Source of the DNA: Octopus vulgaris | Lineage: Eukaryota | Direction of reading: 5' to 3' | DNA length: 64,000 bases | Assembly: GCA_951406725.2 (NCBI GenBank) | Contig: OX597824.1 | Location: 9,486,001 to 9,550,000 of the forward strand | Shown here: positions 54,067-64,000 of the stretch, in pieces | Position numbering within the stretch: position 1 is the stretch's first letter | Layout of the letters: each line of letters starts with the position of its first letter | Notes under the pieces: generated by a model | The model's input: only the letters and a program-made list of their open reading frames with translations | What the model was told of the DNA's origin: nothing | Databases searched by the model: none | Program-made: the position numbers and the translations under genes

Positions 54067-55094
54067 AACCAAACACTCTCGTCAGAAACATAACGACCGG
54101 ATGATAATCTGATAGAAAACTAATGATTTGACACTATATATATTGAAAATTACTATTCAGCTAAACAACCAGCCGAGAAATGCATGAAAACGTAATGTCG
54201 ACAATCTTGTTTTGATAAGAACAATTATTTTTTTTAAATGATAGAATCGCATTATTTATTTATTTATTTATTTTGTAATTAAATACTTTTTTCCATTTAT
54301 TTTCAGATTATCTGTTTTATTTTCCATAAGAAAACAAATATAAACAGAAATTTAGTCTTAACTGATTTTTAAGCAACTTATTGCAAATTTTAAATGATGA
54401 GACCAAATTAGTTTTTAAATTAAATATATGTTTAATTATGTTCTTGTTTGGTGTATGTGAGTGTGATTTCGTTATGTTCAGCGTTTTTCACAACATAATA
54501 AACATTTGACTGTTTTAAATTACTTAGTAGTATTTCCAATAATTCTTTGAAATTCTTAGCTCAAGTCTGCAATTTTGAGGGGAGGGGAAGTCGATTACGT
54601 CGACCCCAGTGCACAACAGTTCGTATTTATCGATCCAGAAAGTGAAATGCAAACCTCAGCGGCTTTTGATCTCAGAATGTAAAGGGCAGGAAGAAATACC
54701 GCTATGTATTTTGTTCGACACACCAAAAGTTTCGCCAACTCGTCGTCTTCCTATCGACCTATGAATAATGACAAGCAAAGCTGATCATAGTGTCATTTAA
54801 TTGCAGAACCTAATATTACAGAACGCAAAACCGCAGTCTTATGGGTTTCGTGCTTTGTGGGTACATCCCAAACTGTCCAGCTTCGTTGTAACAATGATTC
54901 TTGATTTTAGCAAAACACCAGCTGTAATGAATAGAAATGCAGGTGGACTACTTTGGCACCTGTCATTGACAGGTGCTTTATTTTATTAACCGCGGAAAAA
55001 CTGGCGTCTCTGAACTCACAATATGAAAAAAACGGAAGTAATGAAGTTGAAAATACACAGAGAATATATTAAAATTAATTTGATTTTAATTATA

Positions 55095-55265
55095 CAGTTC
55101 TATATTTAAGACATTAGGAATTATGTACATTATTTACATTATTTACATTTGACGGATATTTGTCCTCATCTTGTTCGTTGTTAACAAAACGTTTCGGTTG
55201 ATATACCCTCCAGGTTCGAAATTTCCCCAAAACACTTGATGAAGGCTGGAGGGTATATCAGCCAA
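55095..55265. mobile_element. Two inverted fragments of another HHR-bearing PLE-like repeat
   Basis: The + piece reads acac|UUGAUGA|a|ggctg..cagcc. The - piece supplies the continuation ..caacc|GAAA|cg|UU|ttgtt. ggttgatataccctccag (55196-55213) pairs with ctggagggtatatcagcc (55246-55263). Confidence 0.6.
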
Positions 55266-55720
55266 AATACCGCTAAGCATTTCGCCTGGCGTGCTAATGT
55301 TTCTTATTTGTTTATTGCTCACAAGGGGCTAAACATAGAGGGGACAAAGAAGATCAGTAAAAGGTATTAAGTGGATTACATCGACCCCAGTGCGTAAATG
55401 GTGCTTAATTTATCAACCCCGAAAGGATGAAAGGCACAGTCAACCTCGGCGGAATTTGAACTCAGAACGTAACGGCAAACGAAATACCTATTTCTTTACT
55501 ACCCACAAGGAGCTAAACACAGAGGGGACAAACAAGGACAGCCAAACGGACTAAGTCGATTATATCGACTCCAGTGCGTAACTGGTACTTATTTAATCGA
55601 TCCCTAAAGGATGAAAGGCAAAGTCGACATCGGCGGAATTTGAACTCAGAACGTAGCGGCAGACGAAATACCGCTAAGCATCTCGCCCGGCGTGCTAACG
55701 TTTCTGCCAGCTCACTACCT
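55265..55720 (-). mobile_element. SINE family 1 tandem array
   Basis: Family 1 homology repeated. Confidence 0.85.
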
Positions 55721-56206
55721 TACATTTGTGACAATATTACGCATGAACGAAACGTTTAAATACAAACATAGGATCAAATCTATGTGTGTGTACTTGAGTC
55801 TGTGCACAAGTGTGTGAGTGTATTTGTGTGTGTCCACGTGCGCATGCGTGTGACTGTTTAGATTTAATGTGCTTTAAGTGGATAATATTGCTTTACGGTG
55901 AGTGGTTCGATAACCAGTGTTCTTATTAATGCAATTTAAAACTAAATTAAGTGCTACTGCAGTTTTTAATGCAATTTAATACTAACAAACTATCAAATAA
56001 ATTATGATGTCAACTTTACTATTTTTAATTCTTTACTACATTTCGTATTTTTATATTCACCAGCAATTTTGTAAGGTTATGTTTGTGACTTCCTAATAAA
56101 ACCAGCATTTCATAAACAACAGATAAAAATGGCGCATGTTGTTAAATCGTTGATTGCCTGTTCTCAGGTAGACTGCCGTTGCTATGATTATACATTAAAA
56201 CAACAA

Positions 56207-56436
56207 AAGCGGCGAGCTGGCAGAACCGTTAGCACGCCGGGCGAAATGCGTAGCCGTATTTCGTCTGCCGTTACGTTCTGAGTTCAAATTCCGCCGAGGT
56301 CGACTTTGCCTTTCATCCTTTCGGGGTCGATAAATAAAGTACCAGTTTCGCACTGGGGTCGATGTAATCGACTTAATCCGTGTGTCTGTCCTTGTTTGTC
56401 CCCTCTATGTTTAGCACTTGTGGGCAGTAAAGAAAT
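56207..56436 (+). mobile_element. SINE family 1
   Basis: TSD tatacattaaaacaacaa. Confidence 0.9.
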
Positions 56437-56765
56437 GTATACATTAAAACAACAATATATAACTGTGTATTTTGTGGTCTTTCATCGTATTGTAGGCATT
56501 CGATTACGATGCTTTTCTTGTAACGTCTGATCAACTTAATAAAAAGATATCGCTAGTTTTTAGAGCAGTGAAGGTTGCCACACAGCAGTTATTTTTTTTT
56601 TTCGGTTCGGTGTATCCCAGTATAGTAGTTCATGATTAGAAGTCCATTGTGGCTGTTATTGTTAGAAGTGTTGGAGATGGTGGTGGTGGTGGTGGTTGTA
56701 GTGAATTTACTTCATTGAAATGCTTTATCTCCACAGAATACCGGACTTTTTAACTGTGTGTGTGT

Positions 56766-56828
<63 letters not shown>

Positions 56829-56887
56829 CACCCACACACATATATATTCACATATACACACACATATACACACACACAAGCACTTAA

Positions 56888-56948
<61 letters not shown>

Positions 56949-57087
56949 ATACAGGGTACATTCGAACACATAAGAGATACCCAAAAAATAGGATATCTGA
57001 CTCACTAGAAACAGCAGTTGAACTCCAAACCACTAACTGTTGTAATTCCGAAAGTGATTGAAAAAATAAAAATAAATAAGGTAAAAG

Positions 57088-57184
<97 letters not shown>

Positions 57185-57186
57185 CT

Positions 57187-57229
<43 letters not shown>

Positions 57230-57921
57230 TATGTCTCCATTGATGTATTGATCCGTGTGTATATATGTGTACCGCGTTATATTAGAAAAGAAATTCTGTG
57301 AAGAAATATTGTCTGGGTTATTTGGCCAGGAACCTAGAAATCTTGTCACGGAAATGATAAAACCTCGCATACAAACGTTGATCACATTCCAAATGACAGA
57401 GAAATCGACTGAAATCTTACAGAAATAACTATTGATTATAAACAATTTATTCAATTAATTAAATGCCACCTTCTCTATCAATTCATTCGTATATGGAATT
57501 GAAAATTAATTTCAAAAATGTAATTAACTCCAGGCAATGATAATCATAGAAAATATAAATCAGAAAAAAAAAAATACAAAGAAATATATATAAAAGAGCG
57601 AAATAAATATTTTATGAAGTTAGTCTTTGCAATCATTCGTTAATGTATTCCTGTATAAATACAAGGCAGTATTTGTACCAAAATGCTTGTAATACTTGTG
57701 TAAGAATATTCTTATTGAATATTGGATATCGTCACTGATTTAATTAAAAATGGTGGCAGAAACATCGTCGAAGAAGGCGCACATATTTATTTTGTACGTT
57801 AAGGGAAAGGAAATGTATTAGAACGGTCGTCATAGGAAGATGTTACCGAACGCCGCAGCTATAATCAGGTAATTTTTCTATTGATTGCGTCTGAAACCAA
57901 TAAGAACCGTTAGCTACACAA

Positions 57922-57958
<37 letters not shown>

Positions 57959-58522
57959 GAATATGTGTGTATATATTTATTGCATGCATTGTGAAGGTGT
58001 GTGTCACATATGGCGTAAAATTAAAATACACTTTGTTACTTTCCTCACAAGTCTCTGTAGTGTGGTATGAAATTAGTTCCAAATCAGCGAGATGTCGTAG
58101 GTGCACTTAAATAGGTTAGCAATCACTTGAATAATATGTTTATAACGGGAGAGTTCACACGAAAGTTGGATATGTTCAATTGCCATGATGAATGTGGTTT
58201 TTAACGTTTCATTTATTCTCATTCTCAAGGAGAGAATGAAATGAGAATAGCGTTATTGGTTCAAATGTACGCAAGTAAACACTCACATTCGCTTATGTAG
58301 TTAAAGCCTAAAACTCGATACGTGATTCTCTTTATTTCTCATTAACAGACGAAGGGCAAAAACCCGAAACGCTAGATGTTACAACCTGTAAATCAAACCA
58401 AGTGATTCGACCCTTCTTTGAACTTTACTATGGAATAAATGTTTCCAACACGTCACCATCAATTTCCTTCCACTTCAAATTTCCTTATATATTTAAAGAT
58501 ATTACAAAGAGAGTAAATAAAC

Positions 58523-58743
58523 ATTCTTTTCTACTCTAGGCACAAGGTCTGAAATGTTTGGGGAGGCAGGACATTAAGTCGATTAAATCGACCCCAGTAC
58601 GCAAATGGTACTTTATTTATCGACCCCGAAAGGATGAAAGGTAAAGTCGACCTCGGTGGAATTTGAACTCAGAACATAAAGACAGACGAAATATCGCTAA
58701 GCATTTCGCCCTAGGCGCTAACGTTTCTGCCAGCTCGCCGCCT
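58523..58743 (-). mobile_element. SINE family 1 variant
   Basis: Family 1 head and core with the variant tail. Confidence 0.82.
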
Positions 58744-58767
58744 TGGCCTCGCAGCAAGTAAACAAAA

Positions 58768-60027
58768 TATTGGGTTGTCCGAAAAGTTCCTGCCGATTTT
58801 TAAAAGAAAGAAAAAGGTCAATAAATACTTGCCATTACATTTTTAATCAACCAAATATGAACCATTTTGTTGCACAATGCGTTTCCATCTTTCCTTTAGC
58901 TTGAAAATACTCTCTTCCCAGAATTGAGGTGGTTTCATGGCAAAGAATTCATCAAGGTATCTTTTTACGTCATCCAAGGAATTGAAATTTTTACAATTAA
59001 AAGTATTCTGCAGAGACCTGAATAAGTGGAAATCCGAAGGAGCAATATCTGATGAATATGGAGGGTGGGGTAACACATCTCAGCCGAGCTGCAGCAATTT
59101 TTGTCTGTTTCCCAAAGAAACGTGCGGTCTTGCATTATCATGTTGGAAAACAACACCCTTCCTGTTGGCCAATTCTGGACGTTTCTCTTGAATTGTTCAG
59201 TTGTGTTCAGTAATTCTCAGAATTAATTGTCTAGTTACTTGGGAGAATCTCATAGTACAGAATCCCTTCCAATCCCACCAAACACAAAGCAAGACTATTT
59301 TAGGGTGAAGACCTGCGTTTGGGGTGGCTAAGGGTGGCTCATGTCGCTTACTCCAGGATCTCTTTCTCTAAACATTTCGGTACATAATCCATTTCTCATC
59401 ATCTGTCACAATTTCCTTTAAAAAGGACACGTTTTCATTCCGTTTATAAAGCGAATCACAGATGGAAATGCGACCCAAAAGGTTCTTCTCACTCAACTCA
59501 TGTGACACTCAAACATCGTAGCGATTTGTGCACCCAAGCTTTACCAGGTGCTCATGAACGACGCATTTTGATAGGTTGAGGCTTTCTGCCAATTCTCGGG
59601 TTGTGCAATGTGGATTATTCTCAATTAATGACTTGATTTGGTCATCATCTGTAGTGGATGATGCACCAGATCGCTCTTTATCAATAAGGCTACAATCTAC
59701 AGCTCGGAACCTTGCGAACCATTTCCGTACAGTTGTTTCGGATAAAGAAACATCACCGTAAACTGCGCATATTTCTTTGGTTGCTTGTGAGGAATTTTCC
59801 CCTTTACGGAAAAAGAAAAGCATCAAGTGCCGAAAATGAACATTCTTATCTTCCTTTCTAAAGGGTTACAGAATTAACACAGGTTATAGGAACATAAACC
59901 TTCTTCCACGAAGAGATAGCTTAAACTGTGCTTTAAATGCCCAATCCTATTTTATGGACTCAACCATGTTCTAAAATAAGTCGAACGGTAAGCTACTATA
60001 CATCGGCACGAACTTCCATATGGATAT
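58768..60027 (-). mobile_element. mariner (DD34D-type) element, near full length, pseudogenised
   Basis: MLFFFRKG..ICAVYG..VRKWFARF and HPPYSSDIAPSDFHLFRSLQ..RWKRIV..NGSY. Ends aagttcctgccgat / atcggcacgaactt are inverted; span ~1.26 kb. Confidence 0.9.
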
Positions 60028-60104
60028 ATATATATATCCATTCGCCATGATAGATCGCTAGCCACAAAACCTTTTTCTTTTATTTTCTCTCTCTGTTTTT
60101 TTTT

Positions 60105-60246
60105 CTGCGTTCCTTTCTGTCGAAGAGCATAGGCTCGAAACGTAAAAGACTTTCTCACTTCCCGAGCGTTAAACTAATATATGTGTTTGTTGTTTACACA
60201 TCCGTCTACGTCTTTGTTTCTTCTTAATTTTTGGAATTTCCAACTA
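60105..60246 (+). mobile_element. Short HHR-like repeat family B
   Basis: 60113-60148: cttt|CUGUCGA|a|gagc-atag-gctc|GAAA|cg|UA|aaag. The element ends at TATATA. Confidence 0.65.
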
Positions 60247-60826
60247 TATATATACATCTCTGTGTGAATGCGTGTGTGTCTCTGTGTGTGTTTGTGTGCA
60301 TGTGTTTATGAGTGTATGTACGATTGTATGTGTGTCTACATGTATGTGAAAATAGATATAATGAGGAAGAAATATAAATTAATTAAGAAAAACAGAGTCC
60401 AGAAACAAAATGTTTAACCGATAAAAATCGAAAATGGTAGCAAGCATATTAATTAGGTTTGTTCTTAGACTTTTCAATGTCTACGCTGATCTCATTAATT
60501 TATCGTTAATTGGTAGACAACAAATATACGTTAAATATTTTAAGGCTTCCATGATCGATACATTTATAATTATCACCATCAACGTAATCATCGTCGAAAA
60601 AATGTTAACGTTATTATTAAGATATTAAAATGCGGTGAGCAGGCAAAATCGTTAGCGCACTAGATAAAATATTTAGCAGTGTTTCGCTCTGAGTTCAAAT
60701 TCCACCGAGGTCGCTTTGCTTTTCATCCTTTTTGGGGTCGATAAAATAAGTACCAGTTGAGTACTGGGGAGATGTAATTGACTTAACCCCCCCCCCCAAA
60801 TTTCAGGCCTTGTGCTTATAGTAGAA

Positions 60827-60903
<77 letters not shown>

Positions 60904-60950
60904 CATTATTATTATTATTATTATTATTATTGAAGGCGAATTATTATTAG

Positions 60951-61240
60951 TGAAGGCGCATGGCTCAGTGGTTAGAGCGACGAGCTTACGATCGTGAGTT
61001 TGAATCCCGGACCGGGCTGCGTGTTGTGTTCTTGAGCAAGACACTTTATTTCATGTTTTTCCAGTTCACTCAGCTGTAGAAATGAGTTGCGACGTCACAG
61101 GTGCCAAGCTGTATCTGCCCCTTTGCCTTTCCTTTGGATAACACTGGTAGCGTGCAGAGGGGAGGCCGGTATGCATGGGCGACTGCTGGTCTTCCATAAA
61201 CAATCTTGCCCGGACTTGTACCTGGGAGGGTAACATTCTC
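60951..61240 (+). mobile_element. SINE family 3 in (TTA)n
   Basis: Homologous to 5068-5360. Confidence 0.88.
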
Positions 61241-61248
61241 AATTATTA

Positions 61249-61319
<71 letters not shown>

Positions 61320-62295
61320 GAGTGAGAGACAAGTACACGCCATCAAAGTGACACTGGGCTAAAATATATGAAGCCCAATATGCCCATCATGACTACCTGT
61401 CTGATAACAGTTCACCAGGCACATGCATCAAAATCGTATGTGCACAACATGCTCATCTCATATCAAGAAAAAAGTGTATGACCTTGCAGGTGGGGCCCAG
61501 TTAGAATGTTCTTCTGGTTGAGTACCCCATCCCGCTCAAACGGTCCCTGAATAAGGGTTGTTTAAGGAGGTTGAACCAAACTATAATAATACAATACTAT
61601 AATAATATCATAATAAATTCATAGTGTCCCCCAATCCAATGCCTTCCCCCAACACCTCCTTTTTCTCTACCCCACACCACCAGCTCCCACCTGGACCGTC
61701 TCAATGCCCACCAGAGGGCGGTAGCACCCACTTTAAGGACGCATAGACTCTATGCGATCAGACAATTTGCTAGAAGTGACAGTTAAACGACCCTCTTGTG
61801 ACACTATAATAACTTCTTAATGAGAGGGATAAGGTTGCAGCGGATAATGTGGTCCCTACTATGCATAAAGAGACAGAACCTTCGCGAGTATGTGACTGAA
61901 ACCATCATTTGTCATAAAAATGTGCGGCCAAGGCGGGGTGGGGCGAATAGTAAAAATAAGAAAATAAAACAAAAGCAAAAACAACACCACAGTAACAACA
62001 ATCCGAAAAACTACTTGTAGGTTTCGATAGTCATATTTTTCAGTTTTGGTGAATTCCAATTGAAGTTTGTATTAATTAGATTGTCATATCAGTTAATTAC
62101 TGCACAGTTTTATGAAGAATCGGTGTATCGTGACATCATAAATGATATATTTTAAAGATTGACCATTTAATGTAAACTTTATGGAGAAAGTGTCAAATAT
62201 CCTCGAGCCCTTTTTGCTGTCGTATTTGTTGTTGTTGCTGCTTGTGTGTTTGTTGCTGCTTGTGTGTTTGTTTGTTTGTTTGTTTGTTTGTTGAA

Positions 62296-62662
62296 GTGGT
62301 CTTCGCCCCAGAGCTCGCAAGATCGCGCCTCAGGAGAAGTCCGAAACGTGGTCCTTTGCTATTCGTAAGACCCGCAGAAGAGAAAGCAGGTCAATCCCCG
62401 ACACCGAAAGCATCGACGGATGGATGAATGCGCATCCAGGCTCAGCGGTTGCGTTGGAAGTCGGGGACAAGAAACAGGAAGAAAGAGTGAGAGAAAGTTG
62501 GGATGAAAGAGTGCAACAGGGGTCATTACCACCCACTGCCGGAGCCTCGTGGAGCTTTAGGTGTTTTCGCTCAATAAACACACAACGCCCGGTATAGGAA
62601 TCGAAACCGCGATCCTTTGACCGCGAGGCCTCTGCCCTAACCACTGGGCCATTACGCCTCCA
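62296..62662 (-). mobile_element. tRNA-head SINE (family 4)
   Basis: ggaggcgtaatggcccagtggttagggc..ggtttcgattcc head; the 3' end runs into AAC/AAAC repeats. Confidence 0.8.
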
Positions 62663-62758
62663 CTGTTGTTGTTGCTCTGTAGTTTCAACGTCGGCCGTCA
62701 TCGAACAGACCGCTGATCAAAGTCACACCAGCTATAACCAGTCTTAACTCTATGTCTA

Positions 62759-62986
62759 TATTTCTTTACTACCCTGAAGGGGCTAAACACAGAGGGGACA
62801 AACAAGGACATACAAACGGATTAAGTTGATTATATCGACCCCAGTGCGTAAATGGTACTTATTTAATCGACCCGAAAGGATGAAAGGCAAAGTCGACCTC
62901 GGCGGAATTTGAACTCAGAACGTAGCGGCAGACGAAATACTGCTAAGCATTTTGCCCGGTGTGCTAATGAGTCTACCAGCTTGCCT
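62759..62986 (-). mobile_element. SINE family 1
   Basis: Family 1 homology. Confidence 0.86.
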
Positions 62987-63237
62987 CTATCTCTATGTGT
63001 AGCATTATTATCCGTTTTACCACCACCACCAGCTGGCACTTGGCTGCCTTCAGCATTGCAAGCATTCGAGACAGGTCTCTTATCGGAAGACACCTTTATA
63101 ATTCCACCAATGACCAACGTTGGTGACCCTGAAAAATTTTAAGGGTCAGGTGATCTGAACTTTCTCCTGTGATTCAGCATTATCCGCCCAGATTATATTA
63201 TCAGAGGTGTTGTTCTTTCTGACTGTATGCTTATATG

Positions 63238-63470
63238 TATTTCTTTATTGCCCACAAGGGGCTAAACATAGAGGGGACAAACAAGGACAGACAAAGGGAT
63301 TAAGTCGATTACATCGACGCCAGTGCGAAACTGGTACTATATTTATCGACCCCGAAAGGATGAAAGGCAAAGTCGACCTCGGCGGAATTTGAACTCAGAA
63401 CGTAACGACAGACGAAATACCGCTAAGCATTTCGCCCGGCGTGCTAACGCTTCTGCCAGCTCGCCGCCTT
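63238..63470 (-). mobile_element. SINE family 1
   Basis: TSD tttctgactgtatgcttatat on both sides. Confidence 0.9.
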
Positions 63471-63501
63471 ATTTCTGACTGTATGCTTATATATGTTAGT
63501 A

Positions 63502-63830
63502 AAGATGCGCGACTCAATGGTTTCGGTATTCGATTCACGATCGTAAGGTCATGAGTTCGATTTCCAGTGATGCGTTTTGTCCCCAAGGAAGATATTCTTT
63601 TGCCCACTACTTCAGTCCACTTTGCATGCAAAAATGGGTTGCACGTGTAGTTCAAATAGCTAGCCTTGTCACATTCTGTATCATGACGAATCTCCTTGAG
63701 AATTAGGCAATGGATACGCCAGTCTGTTGAGTGCTCAGCCACTTGCATGTTTAGTTCACTAGCAGGCCGCTCGGTTAATCGAATCAGATGGAACATCCGT
63801 CGTGATAATCGACGGAGGGGCCATGCTTTA
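63502..63830 (+). mobile_element. Old tRNA-head SINE (family 5); related piece at ~16050-16290(-)
   Basis: Degenerate A/B boxes; 3' body shared with the 16 kb region. Confidence 0.6.
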
Positions 63831-64000
63831 ATTTGAGGTTGTAACGCATCAAATAAAGAAACTACATAGAGGGTCCCGCGTGAGTTCGGTTTATTTCCAA
63901 TGCCGCAAGCAACCAATTTCGATAGATAGAGCCAGTTTCTCTCTGAGAGAATTTTCGTTCTGCAGAACAAGATTTCTTCAGACTTCAAAATAGACTCTCA

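Noticed and set aside
63395-63988. 197-aa ORF
   Set aside because: It runs antisense through an old SINE and then into a family 1 SINE copy, with no protein-like motif.

Overview
This is AT-rich eukaryotic non-coding DNA with no convincing host gene. It is most likely coleoid cephalopod (Octopus-like), inferred from the SINE families and the extreme microsatellite density. Almost every ORF in the supplied track is a microsatellite translation artefact. The real content is layered mobile DNA: several tRNA-head SINE families (many with clear target-site duplications), RTE, R4/Dong, CR1-like and probably Ingi-like LINE remnants, mariner, maT and MULE-like transposase fossils, a non-autonomous Helitron and an ~18-copy 73-bp minisatellite. 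The most interesting layer is a Penelope-like element (PLE) system. A young 5'-truncated PLE (RT + GIY-YIG, 46671-48889) has a 514-bp-arm fold-back whose end coincides with its only frameshift, and a hammerhead ribozyme (HHR) in its 3' UTR. About a dozen short non-coding inserts, mostly in or next to (TA)n tracts, each carry a minimal type-I hammerhead motif. They often occur in inverted pairs and are twice associated with copied pieces of nearby downstream DNA. All motif and structure calls were made by eye, and element boundaries are approximate unless stated.
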